This document shows positions 13,081 through 25,924 of a stretch of 64,000 nt of DNA, in pieces; position 1 is the first letter of the stretch, and each line of letters begins with the position of its first letter. The stretch is taken from positions 16,616,001-16,680,000 of the forward strand of contig CM114271.1 in NCBI GenBank assembly GCA_050084515.1, in the 5' to 3' direction. Source of the DNA: Blasia pusilla (lineage: Eukaryota). The notes beneath the pieces were generated by a model that was given only the letters and a program-made list of their open reading frames with translations, made no database searches and had not been told where the DNA came from. The position numbers were made by a program, and so were the translations under genes.

Positions 13081-14029
13081 AAAACCTCTAGAGCTACTCT
13101 CGGGTTCACCACCTGGCCTCTCAAAGTCCCAAACGGAGGCCGTGATGACCCTCGTGCCTTACTCACCCGATCACTCTTGCCTCGCGAGTAATCCCTCAAT
13201 CACTCATCCCCAACATGTGGCACTCGATCTACACTCTCCCCCCAAACCTTTTACGTGCGGCAATAAGCGGCGTGGTACGGCAAATCGACTAAGCTATCAT
13301 CTCATCGACAACCTACCCTCAACTCCGGACATCCCACACAGGTCTATGTCCCCTAAATCACATACATAAATGATGCTCTCAGCATCCACACACCCAATAT
13401 CCCCAAATAAACTACCCAAATCCCAGAATCCCTCACACGTGCAGGGTAAAGGACCAAATGGGTAACCTGAACACATGTCAATGTCGCTCCTCAGCAACTG
13501 CGAATCTCAACCCCAACTCGGTCGTGGAGACAACTCCTCCAATCAGCAAGTCATACACCTCCCGTACTAACGTTGCTCAAAACTCCTCGGTAGATGGTGC
13601 AGTTCCAGCGGAACGGTGCAGCGTTGCAGGCAGCACGGAACGGCACGGCCCTCAATGATGGGATGCGGCACTCGGCGGCATACCCTCCTCAATCAACAAT
13701 AAACCCACACTCTCCTCCACAATGCCGGAGCGGCTCCGCGATCAAGACGGTGTGGTGCGGTCACGAGCGGCACGGCGCGGCAATCGGCGGCGCGTTGCAG
13801 CTACGGGCGTCACGGCACGGTACTCGATCGTCGTTCAGCGGCTACCAATCACAACATAGCAGCAGGAAATCAAAATTCAAACACTATAACATGAGGTCAT
13901 ATGCATCACATGTTGATGACGGTGGCGGCCAAAACAAAGTACGTGATGGCGATGAAAGTCCGAGAATCAACGAACGTTGTGGAAAACCCTCCACTCCGTA
14001 ACGGCGGCAATGGCAACCAAGGGTGGACA

Positions 14030-14210
14030 ATGGACGGTGGACCATTAACGGTGACGGTTGACCGTTGATGGTGACGGATGAACGGTGACGGTGACGGACG
14101 AACGGTGACGGTGATGATTGACCGTCGTTGGTGACGGTTGACCATTGACGGTGACGGTTGACCATTGACGGTGAAAGTTGACGGTTGACAGTGACTATGA
14201 CAGCGACGGC
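14030..14210. repeat. GACGGT/GACGGTTGACC short tandem repeats in the element leader
   Basis: Repeated gacggtgacggttgacc units seen directly. Confidence 0.8.
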
Positions 14211-14814
14211 CGTCGCCGATGTGGCGGCTGGTTTAGGGTTTACATAATTTAACCCTAAAAATCGCCTAGCAATGGCAGTTTTGCAAGATTGACCATAACT
14301 TTTTGCTCGCAACTCCAAATTGCAAAATATTTATTGCACAGCGTGCACAACTTTACGATCTATGCCAGCATCAAAAAATATTTGGAATAAAAAATTCCAG
14401 TAAAAATTGACAAGGACTATCGTAAAGCCCAATGTCTCTTTCTTCTACCCAACTTTCGGCAGCGCTTCCGCGCTGATTCCTCCCAACAAAAATGTAAAAC
14501 CTGTAAAAATGCAAATCACCAAGCTACATGGTGCTCCCAAAAGCACCGGCATGGGGCAACCCGCCCCCATACTCAATCCCTATCAGAAATTGGGCATCGC
14601 TTCCGCGTGCCACTCTTCCACACGAAAAATCGGCAAATGCAAAGAACAATCCAAGCAACCCTTGCTCCGATGAGCACTCCCATGAGCCGTTGAACGGGGA
14701 ACACGTTCCCCAACCTGCAAAAACAGCGAGTGACCAACGAGCTCCCCCATGAAGCTCTCTCACTCTCTCATTCTCGCATTCTCTCTTTCTCTCATTCTCT
14801 CATTCTCTCTTTGT

Positions 14815-15131
14815 AAAGTAAGATCCAATCTCTCTCTACATAATCTCACACCATAGCTCTCAAATGTGTGCACTCTCTCTCATGTCAAACCAAACCCACT
14901 CTCCTAATGAGAGGCTTGGGTTATACTCACAAGGCAAGGGACCATAGCTCCGCCGCCTCATGCCAAGAGGTTCAACAAAGAGAGAATGAACTCTCAAGCT
15001 CTCTCTCCTTGGGATATTTACCCCTCCCCTCTCCCAAGCTCTCTCCATGGTAACCTATTCTCCCAAGTCACCTCTTTGGCTCTTGACCTGATATAGGAGA
15101 TCAAGGGCTACTTACCAAAAATAGAAAGTCG
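14815..15131 (-). repeat. Truncated 5' B repeat of copy 1
   Basis: Matches 5075-~5391. Not followed by A on the internal side. Confidence 0.9.
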
Positions 15132-18100
15132 CTAGGATGGCGGAGATGCCCGCTAGACCCGCGATAGAGCGTGTCATGGCTTCTCCTGGTGTTGTGTTGC
15201 TGGATAATCAGGGAGAGGTCTTCCAATTGGTGAGTCCCGGAGGTAGAGCTTTTAGTGCGCAATGCATCTTGTTGGATTCAGGAGCGCAACCCTCGATGTT
15301 GGTGAAAGCCTCATTCAAAGGATTGGGCTTGACAAGAGCCGATGTGCAGCGTTTTCCATTTCGGATATAGACATCCTTCGGTGGAGCGAGTACCACACAA
15401 TATATCATCCGACAGGAGGTCGTGTTGAGGATTCGCCCGAGACATCCTACAAATGAGTCCGTGGTGCAAGCCAAGGCAATAGTGATTGATGCAGAGTCCT
15501 ATGACGTCTTGGTTGATGGAGTAGTGTTATATCCAGTAGGGTTTTTCCTGGATTACCGGGAGGAGTCAGCATCCTATAGACCAAGATGGCTCTCTGGTGA
15601 TGGGTGCCTTAGCTTATTACCCATTCAATTCACAGGTGCACTGATCGAGCAACGGCCAGGAGAGATGGTGACCTCAGCATTATTTAGCAATGCCATCACT
15701 TGGCATAGTTATTTGATTGAGGAACATGTCCATTCAGAGGATACTCCCATTCCTGACATTTCTATGGAGAGGAGTGTCATGGTAGCCGCATCGATCTGTG
15801 GAGGAGAGGTGCCGCTTTGGGGTTCGACTGAGGAGATTCGACGCTTAGCCATTGAGCATCTACAGACCGCGTGGAGTGAGACGTTTGCACGAGAGTGTGA
15901 CAGGTCTAAGGAACCCCAGGTAGCCAAGACTGCTGCTATGACCCCTTTGGATATCACCCCGATTGTGTGGTGCATCCCAAAGAAGGGTATTTGGGTGTTG
16001 GATCTCTTTGGAGGGATCAGTATTGGATTAGTTGCTATTTTGTAGGCTGGAGTGTGCATGCACGAATACCTGTAGGTGGAGATTGATGATGTTGCAAGGC
16101 GCGCTTCACTTCACCATACCATGTGGCACAGTTACGCCTCCATTTTCCCAACTTGTTGTCTGCGTCCGCCATTCAGGGTTACTAGAGTTCCCTACCAAGG
16201 GACATTTCATTGTTGGGGGCGCATGACTTGGAGCGGGTAGGGACCATAGATTTGGTCATTTCTAGTTGGTCGTGTCAGGGCCAATCGCGTGGTGGACGAG
16301 GTAGCGGGTTAGCTTATACTTAGTCCATGTTATTTCGGGAGATGATGGGATTTTGCGACACTTGCAAAAGCATCACTCCCATTCTCCAGCATACATTCTA
16401 GAGAATGTGCCGATCTTGGACGATTCGAGGTCACGGGTGGTGACGAGTGCACATCAGGTGCGTGCATGGATGGGCTCATCAGGGTTTTTGGATGTGGCAA
16501 GTGTAGGTTCAAGAGCACACCGCCCGCGTCTTTGGTGAACCAATTTGGTCCCACATGAGGTTTTACGGAGGGCGTATGCTAGCGTGGAGCGCCCCTCCAA
16601 TTTTTTGGTGGATTCTATTTTGGATCCAGGTTGTCAATCAGAGGCAGTGAGGCACGATGATCAACCGCCGTTGACTGTGGTCAATAGGATTGGCATGCCA
16701 CGGGCAGCCTTTCCCATATTTTTGAGTTTTCTTGCTTCATATGCATTTCAAGAGGCCGGACCTGGCTTGGTTTGGGATGACCAGGTATAGAGGTTGGTGG
16801 AGCCCAACACCGATGAAAGAGAGCAAGAAATGGGATTCCCCATAGGAGTGATGGCAGTACCGTCACTATTAGAGGTATCACGACGTCATGTCTTGGGATA
16901 GGAGATGGACCTGAACTGCTTCATATGGATTTTCAGCTAAGGCATAGCTGAGCAGCGTCATTTGAGGATGCGACATATCACAAATGTTGCATTGGTGAGC
17001 CCCATGTCTACCGAGATGGTTGAGGCAATGGCTAGGGGCAAGATGTGAGGAGATCGACACGCCAAGGGTGATTGGGAGAGACACCCTTGGACTTCTTGGG
17101 ATGTTTTGCAAGTACGCCAGGAGATGATAGCCACAGCATCGAGCGTGGTTCCGGGTAATGCACGTGGAGATGAGAATCTGTTGTCTGAGATGGGGTTGCA
17201 CCATAGCAACCACTAACACCTGCGCTGGAGAGTCCTACCGTAGTCACAATGGAGACTTGGGAGCTAGATATGGGCCCTAAGTTGACAGGAGGAAAGCGGC
17301 GCCGGATACACCAGTTCCTTAGGAGTTATAGGAGTTCCTTTACATTTAGTATGCATGATTTGGGTACGCTCAAGGGTCCAAGGATCTGCATTGAGTTATC
17401 GAGTGACACACCGATCTTTCGACGACCCTACAACTACATTGACATGGAGAGGGCTCTAATTCAGAGTAGGAGCCAAGACTTAGTTGGAACAGGACTAGTG
17501 GAGATGTCGCCTGGAGAGTATGCATCTGCCCTTTGTCATGCCCGCCAAGAAGGATGTGCATGGCAACTGGAGGCATAGGCAGATGTGTGGAGATTACCGA
17601 CCTATCAATTGGCAGACAAAGTTCAATAGGTATGCCATGTCCACCCCTGAGGAGATCTTTGATACGATTGGGCATGCAAAGGTCTTCAGGTCATTAGATT
17701 TGCGAGCCGGATTCCATTAACTGCCTATCAAATTGGAGGACAGGCAGAAGACGGCATTTTAGGGCATCGATCCTCACAAGAAGGATTGTTTGTACAAGCG
17801 GCGGTTCTTACCATTTGCTTTAAAGAACGCCCCGGTTGAGTTTCAGAGGGTCATGGATAGGATCTTGGCAGGTCTGGATTTTGCTAGGTGTTATATTGAT
17901 GACATCGTAGTCTTTAACGCCACAGTTGAGGAGCATGAGTGATATCTAGAGGAGATGTTTCGACGATTGCAATTACATGGGCTGAAGCTACATCCAGCAA
18001 GTGCAAGTTCTTGTACGACCAGATTGAGTAGTTGGGTCATACAATATACCCAAGGGGCCTTGGTGTGCAGCAAATGAAGGTAGAGGCTATTTCACGCATT

Positions 18101-20586
18101 CCACGCCCTACAGATGTGAGTCGAGTTCGTGCATTCATGGGATTGGCGAACTTCTATCAACGATACGTCAAGGGTTTTAGTTTGATTACAAAGCCGCTAA
18201 CCTTGCTGACCAAGATGGATCAAGAGTGGCACTGGGGGGATGAGCAGGAGAGAGCATTTCAGCTGCTCAAGGATATATTGACATCCGCGCCCATTTTGAG
18301 GAGACTGATCAGGGGGCGCCCTTTTGAGTTGCATACCAATTGGAGCATGTTGGGGCTTGGAGCCGTGCTCACCCAGCATGACGATGATGGTAGAGAGTTT
18401 GTGGTGGCTTATGCTAGTCGCTCGAACAACGCTGCAGAGGCAAAGTATAGCTTGTATGAGGGTGAGTACTTGGCTGCAGTGTGGGCTCTTGCACATTTTA
18501 GATGTTATCTATTCGGAAATCCCTTTACCATCATTACTGATCATCATCCACTTAAGTGGTTGATGGAGTCCGACAAGCTTATAGAGAAGCTTGCGAGGTG
18601 GGCTCTTTTGTTGCAAGAGTATGACTTTGAGGTGGTGCATAGACTTGGGACGCTCAACCAAGATGCAGATGGTTTGTGCCGTAACCCATGCTAGAGTCAT
18701 CGAGATGCGATTGGAGCTTGTTGGCATGGTGAGAGCGATGAGGAGTTGGTGCGAGGATGGCACGCGTCAACCTATTTGGGCTTGTTGGCTTTGGGGAGCC
18801 AGATTGTTGAGACTTTGATGGCGAGGTCTGATGGAGAGTCCTTAGATCCAGAGGCAGGTGAGGAGACGACAAGTGGCCGAGACATTCACAACGATGGACT
18901 AGTCTTGGAGTATATGCGTACTGGCAGCGTCACGAGCACAATGGGTGCTAGAGAGCGCGATCGGAGCGCGAGTTTGGGAGGATGGTAGAGTGCGAGTGGT
19001 GCCTCATCCTTCGTAGAGAGCACATTTGGTGCGTCATGCCCACGAGGAGTTGGGTCATTTTGAAGTGAAGCTGACGTACAGCTTGCTCTAGATTCAATAT
19101 TGGTAGCGAGGCACGCAGACTAACGTTCAGCAATTTGTTGCCAGATGCATGGTGTGTGATCAATTCTGAGCATCGTTCAATGCTCCGACTCCACAATTGC
19201 ATCCACTTCCAATCATGGGTTTAGGTTATAGATGGAGTTTGGATTTGCAGGACCGTTGCCTTTGACGGAGCGCCATAGTCGTTATGTGTTGGTGATGGTC
19301 GAGTACTTCTCGAAGTGAAAAGAGTTGGTTGCATTGTCTGACAAAGCAAGTGAGGGAGTAGCATATGCCTTCCTAGATCAAGTGTTGAGTCATTATGGCG
19401 CACCAGCTGAGGTCTTGACAGACCACGGTATAGAGTTTCGCGGGGAGTTTCAGGCCTTGTGTGATCAGGCGTTGATCGACCACCGTACCACTTTGCGAGA
19501 TCATCTTGAGGCGGATGGACTAGCGGAGAGGGTTGTGCAGATGGTGAACAGAAGATTACGCAAGTATGGCTTGCAGAGAGGTCACCTAGGAGATTGGGAC
19601 CTTCAGTTGCCGTGGTTGGCAGTGGGATACAGATTCAGCAGGCAAGCATCCTTAGCGTCTTTCTCATCGTACTTGCTTTTGTATGGCCGAGAGCCAGATT
19701 TACTTACGGCCATTCGTCGAGATGTTGGTGAGGTGTTGAACCTTGATGACCCTTATGTATGGATGTGAACATGTTCTCAAAGGGCTGAGTTATTTCGGAG
19801 AGTGATGCCCATGGCGTTTGAGAACTTGGAGATTGTGCAACATCAGGATACGTTGAGGTATGCGACTATTCGAGGAGGTGGTTATTGACCTACTATCCGG
19901 AGGTTTCATCAGGGAGACTACGTCTACTTATAGCAGACGGCACCCACGACGTTGGATGTGACTGTAGGGCGCACCATCTTGAGAATGCGTGAGATTTTGC
20001 CATCCGGTGTTCTCTTATTGGAGGGACGTGATGGTATGGTTTGGAAGAACCATGTGCGTAACTGTGCGCCATATCATCTTCCGAACATTGACGATACAGT
20101 TGATCCAAGCTTAGGAGTAGTTCGTGCAGGCTTGAGATGTATGTTGTGTGGTTCCGCTCGTGGTGCAGCCACTATGCTAGTCTGTGATGGGTGTTCGAGA
20201 GGATGGCATATGGCATGTCTGACGCCACCTCTCACTAGGGTTCCTGAGGGACGATGAATGGGCCCCATATGTACATAGCGTTGGTAGTTCTACATTTCGA
20301 CTTGTGTCTATGACATGGATGACAAGAAGGCGAATAACGATGGGGCCACATGAGCATACGGCCTTTTTGCTCTTAGTGTCTGAGAGATGTATGTCATGGT
20401 AGGTAGGGATAGATGGCTATCTGGAGTTAGAGGGACCTAACCACCAGCTAGGGGGGCGATTGGAGATATTTTGATACTTCCTGTCTCGTTGTTTGGATGT
20501 CATGAGTTAGCATGGGATCGTGCATGTTTATGTGTGTGTTCGGTGACAACGATGTATGTTGTGTAGCGATGTGTATGCGCACGACA
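15132..20586 (+). mobile_element. Copy 2 of the DNMT/PHD gypsy element, 5'-truncated just upstream of the protease, ending in PPT plus A only
   Basis: Inverted homolog of ~5575-11082. DNMT ~15985-16940 (PC mutated to SC), RT/RH ~17430-18694, INT ~19020-19950, PHD ~20135-20277, A 20460-20586 ending GACA. Confidence 0.93.
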
Positions 20587-22233
20587 AGAGAAAAGAGAGA
20601 ACGAGGAAAAAAGAGGAACAGTGTCACCTACGAAGAAGGCTGGAGAAGAGCTATGTGCGTTATTCACTAAAGACTCCCGAGCCTCAACAAACAATCGAGA
20701 AAAACCCCAATCAAAAAATTGTTGGCATTTAGCTCGAAGGGCACTGGAAAGCATCACCTACAAAGAGAGAAGGAGAAGGAACCATGCAACGCAAATCAGC
20801 AATCAGCAACGTCGTGCCACGAATCACCAAAGCTTTGACGTCAAAACGCGATTCCTCGCCACCCGCAATACCAACAAACAAAGCGAAGGCCGCAACGACC
20901 GAGGCCCTTGTAGAAACCAAGAATCCGTCCCCACAAATTCAATCGGTGACGAAAACTTCATGCTAATCCGATCGATGGCCCGAACGACCATGTTTGCGCA
21001 AAGTGTTTGCATCCATCCATCCACTGTCGGTCGCTTCCGTCCATCTGGCCGATTCCGTCCATCCCTTACCTTCCGCCCTATTCCTTCCATCCTATTCGCT
21101 TCGTCCAACCGTCACCGCTCTGTCCATCCATTCTACTTCGTCCATCCTTCCCACTCTGTTCACCTAAACTCTCACACCTTCTGCATCTTAAGCGGGCCCT
21201 GATCCTGAACCTTGGGCGTGCAAACAGCCGAGCCACTTGCGGCTAGTCTACAGCCTAATGAATGAGTTTCCTAGGCTATCTATGGCCTTTGGTCCCTAGG
21301 GTGCATGGGATGGCCATGAAATTTGTTGTTATAATAAATTATTTAAAAGAAAACTGAAAGGTATTTTCACTCACCGGTTTGGCTGGGACGGTCACTACGT
21401 GACGACCTGACGCCACCCCTATCCGTCCGAATCTCCAGCTGGCTAGAGGTAATCTCCAGCCCAGTTTAGAGGCCCATTTTGGAGGTCCTCCCACCCGGTC
21501 CAGAGGAAGTTTACGGCACGCACGCGGAGGGTCGATGATGCGGCGAGTCGCAAGTCCGGAGTCCGGCGAGTCCCTCGAGCCAGAACCAGAAAGAAACGAA
21601 AGAGCCAGGGGACGGACTCCGGGTAATATTCTGATGGGACCAAAGAATGTTCTGTGTGGCCAATGTTGGGCGTTTCATGCCATCTGTGCATGTATGACGC
21701 ATACGAATCTAGGTTTCTCATTTCTTCTGCCGCTCACGGGCTCCCATTGCTTCTCAGCAGGTCCCACTCCGGTCATTTTGCAACAGCTCTTCCGGTTATT
21801 TACCGGACGAGTTCTTCGCTTCCAGATATTTTCCTGCTCCAAGGAAAGCTTGCCATGGTTTGATAACCTCCGGCTCTCCTATCACACGATAGGAGAGCCG
21901 GAGTCAAGTTCTTCATTTCAGGTCACTTGCCGGCCTTTTCCTCCCATTGTCTATTTAATCCCTTGCAGATTTAAGGAACAGTATCCGTTTTTCCCCCTCA
22001 TCACACTTTTGATCCAGTTTTTCTTGCAATAGCGGGTGAGATGGTCGATTGTTACCATGCCATGCCATGCCATGAGGATCATGGTCCCAGTCTGAAATAG
22101 GAGATCTAAAGACGAATCCCATTACAAACACGAACACAAGACACGGAGAAGAGGACGGGAGAGAGAGTGAGGGAGGAAGGGAAGCAGGGAGGAGACATAC
22201 AGAGAGTGGACCTGAGGAGAAGAGGGCGACGAG

Positions 22234-25200
22234 ATGGCCGTTGAAACCGGTAGGCTTTCGGGATGTGTGGGACAAGTGTGAGGGCGGAATGGTGGTATGA
22301 GGGGATTGATTGACATTGGAATTTTTGAGGCTGTTTCGGCGGAGTTTTGGTGGAGTTTACGACGATTTTAATTCTGTTCGTTGAGTGTTCTCTGATAAGT
22401 CTTACCGTCTGGTGTTATCGGTTGTTCTCGGGATCTTCTAGGTATCCAAGATTTTCGATATCTCAGAGATGCTTGAGACTTGTTGGAGGTCTGACGAGGT
22501 TAACACTTCGAGTACCGACGCTTTGCGAATTTCTTGAATGGAATTTCTTCTGCTTGTTCGCTATTTTTTTTGAAGCCACTTGGTTTTGGTCTGTCCGGCT
22601 GCGATGACACTCGTAAATCTTAAATAACTGGTGATGATCGTTAATGTCACGAAAGGGAAAGTACTTGACGGTGTATGTTCCGTTGGTAGTTTTGATTTCT
22701 GGCTGAATCTCGGAGGGCAGTTTTGACCTGTCTACTGAATCTCTGTTGGTATTTTCGATTTCTGGGCTGGTATCGGCAGAAGTGGGCTCGTCTTGGATGA
22801 CACGTTTTCCCGTGTTAAATGCTGACGATTGATTGTCATGTCGGCGAGCGCGTTTGGTGTATTCTTTGTCGACTCAGTTGGAATGGATCTTGCACTGTTA
22901 AAATTTCGGACCATGGAAAATTTTATGCTACACCTGCAAATAATGGAATTTAATCGTGAGAGGCTTGATCGTATTTTCAGAAACGCTAAACAGTTACCTC
23001 GCAGTCGCCGTCGAAGCGGCTCGAAAGGCGGGCAAGGTTTTGATCTCATCTCTGCTCACATTTGTTTCTGGAATTGAACATTCCATACTGCATAGCCGCG
23101 CCGTGTAGTTGGTTCTTTTTCCAATTCAAATACGATTCTTTTTCGTAGACCAACGTAGTCGGCTGAATGACAAATACTTGCCGTGATAGTCTCAGACAGC
23201 ACGGGGCAATGTTTCGATGGTATAGAGACAAGTGCATATTCTAAAACTGTCGCTTGCTTGCATCATCACAGGTTATCGTGGAAAGCTTTTATCTCGACAA
23301 GACCGTGGAACACAAGTCCAAGGTGCGTGTGCCATTTACACATATGAATCTCACCCCAGGACGGTGGAATAGTCCCCGGTGGATCACATTGTGGTAGTTG
23401 GAATTTTTATCGTCACTGCTGTCACGTTTTTCAGTGAGCATCACACCGTTTCAAACGTCTGGTGTGGAGGACTCCTTCACTACTAATCTGATACTCTTAT
23501 AACAGAAGATTGAATCCGGTACGCTCTGTCGATGGCAGGTCGATCTAGTCACGGAAACGGACAAAGCTTGCGAGGAACTGATCTTTGGTTATTTAACGAA
23601 GGCCTTCCCATCTCACAAGGTCCAACTCGACCTTTCCAAGTGAGGAAACATGTTCTCAAATCTTTCTTCGTCTCTTAGTGATGGCTTACGCGAGGCGTGT
23701 GAATTTCAGCTTCTCGGCGAGGAGACGTCTGCTGCAAATAATTGCATCGACCCATTAACGGATGACCCGACTTGGATAGTGGATCCGTTGGATGGAACCA
23801 CCAATTTTGTGCATAGGTCTGGATCCCAACCCCCTTATTTGTCTTCTATCGTAATTTTCCGTCTTGGTCTCTGTATTCACAATACAAGCCTTTTGAGCGT
23901 GTAAGAGAACGACGAGTGTTGACTAGCAACTCCGGCCAGTTACAAACATCGATCGCGAATTTTGACATATATCTCAAATATATGTCAAAATTCCAGACAC
24001 GGTCGTCATCTGGAAATTCGTAGGATGAGCCGATGTCCGCACCCGTAATAAAGTCCACTTACGTTTAGAATTTCTTAGGTTCTCATAATTCCGGGAATTT
24101 CTCTCTGAGGCTATTCATTTGAAGTCGATGTCTTCTACATCGTAATTACTCATATGTCGTGTGACCCGTGAAATTGACAGCTTCCCCTTCGTGTGCGTTT
24201 CAATTGGACTATCGATCGGGAAAGTGCCTGTTGTCGGAGTGGTGTTCAATCCAATTCTCAACGAGGTAACAGGCAGGAACGTCTCAAGTCTTATGCTTCT
24301 CTCAGTGAACTCCATCCCCTTTTCGGCTGTCTCACTTACCTGTGACCATTTCTTTTTCTAACCTCATTTCCGTCACTGCAGCTCTTTACTGCTGTGCAGG
24401 GAGGAGGAGCTTTTCTCAACGACCACCGTATTGCAGGTAGGTCTGTGGTGGGAATATGACCCTGAAAGCATCAATTGCGTGCATCAGACTCTTTTAAGGC
24501 CCATAGGACACCTGAGGCAAGCGTCTTTCGACTAATGGTGTAAACATTTATGCGCTTTGGGGAGGTCGTAGGAATTATGTAACTGTTGAAAATCTGCCCT
24601 TTAGCTTCCGGACGCCTCCGAAAATGCACCTGGTACTAAGACTTTGTCTTGTGCAGTTTCTTCTCGGAAACACATCGGGGAATCAATCCTCGCCACAGAG
24701 GTATTTTGGCGGCCCTCTACTTTTACCATGGTCCAGTTTTTGTGTTGATCTCTAGTGACGAAGATGATTCATTGACGCGTCAGTTGTCAGAGTTTGGTGG
24801 GATACTTTAATCCGTGTACGAGAGAATCATCGTTACCACTGACAATAAGATTGTCAATTCTAGAATCGGCGTCTTTTCTCCCAAAAGGGGCCTGAAGATC
24901 CAGTTTAGAAAGGACCATGGAAAGCGTCCTACTCTCCGAAATTGTTCCAGTGCTTTGTTGTATGCTCGCTGATTACCATTCCTTTTATTATATATATTCA
25001 TTGAGGCTCAATGGGTAGAATCGGTATCTTTGCCACTGATACCAAACCTCCTTATTTGTTATCTGTTGCTTCAAGTTAGAAGCGCACCCAGCCTGCCAGA
25101 ATTCCTTCCATTACTTGCAGCGATAGCTGGCAATGTATTGTAGTCTCGAAGGGATTGTGGTAATGGGAGATGACTAATCTCACTTACTCAAATTGCAGAT

Positions 25201-25924
25201 TGGCACCTCACGCGATGTGGCAACGGTGAATGCTTCTACCAACAGATTGAATAAGTTGATCTTAAAGGTGTGTGCTGGGAAGAAAGGAGTGAGAGCGGGC
25301 CTTTGTTCATTTGAAATGCTGTGAAGTGAAAGTAGAACATGCTTGTTTGCCCTGTGAACAGATTGACATGTACTTCATAGTTGCCGTCTGTTGGCATGCA
25401 GGTTCGGTCAGTGCGTATGTCCGGCTCTTGTGCGATGAATATGTGCGGAGTCGCTTGCGGAAGGCTGGACATATTCTTTGAGATAGGCTTTGGAGGCCCT
25501 TGGTAAGCGAAAGAGTTCAATCAAATAGAGAATTCAGATATCTCATTGTGTCAAGCTCAAGGATCTAAACTTAATAATTTGAAACTATGCTGGAGCAGGG
25601 ACGTTGCTGCAGGAGCTGTGATCGTCCGAGAAGCAGGTGGCCTTGTCTTTGACCCGTAAGTCTCATCATCCTACATCTCCAGTCGTTGTTAGGGTGGACT
25701 GACTGGAATCAGCCGTTTCATCTCCCCTGCAAACCTGTCTCCGGTGACTCCTTTCTACTCCCAGCGCGCATGCCTTCTAAAGATGTGGAGAATTGGTGCA
25801 TCGTATGTATGACAGATCTGGAGCAGATTTTGACATCATGTCACACCGAGTTGCTGCATCCAATGCGCACTTGAAAGATGCAGCCGTGGATGTATTAGAA
25901 GAGGGAACAAGTAATGGTTTTTGA
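22234..25924 (+). CDS. Inositol monophosphatase / L-galactose-1-phosphate phosphatase (VTC4-like), about 12 exons
   Basis: GT-AG exons at about 22234-22249, 22981-23036, 23272-23322, 23539-23619, 23710-23816, 24181-24265, 24382-24436, 24657-24700, 25199-25267, 25402-25502, 25599-25655 and 25816-25924. Motifs [24 protein letters not shown] and WDVAAG. Confidence 0.9.

Larger units (their letters stand above)
4947..15131 (-). mobile_element. Ty3/gypsy-type retrotransposon copy 1 (gag-PR-DNMT-RT-RH-INT-PHD), decayed, 5' repeat truncated
   Basis: Ordered minus-strand domains with stops and frameshifts. Terminal repeats A-B-A at 4947-5702 and partial B at 14815-15131. Confidence 0.93.

Noticed and set aside
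14030-14210. CRISPR-like array
   Set aside because: Short degenerate tandem repeats without unique spacers, in a eukaryotic context.
4947-20586. Single TIR DNA transposon or Polinton-like element
   Set aside because: The inverted ends come from two opposed retroelement copies. There is no TSD, transposase or polB.
20621-21202. 193-aa ORF next to copy 2
   Set aside because: Low-complexity CCATCC/CCGTCC repeats, non-ATG start and no recognisable motif.
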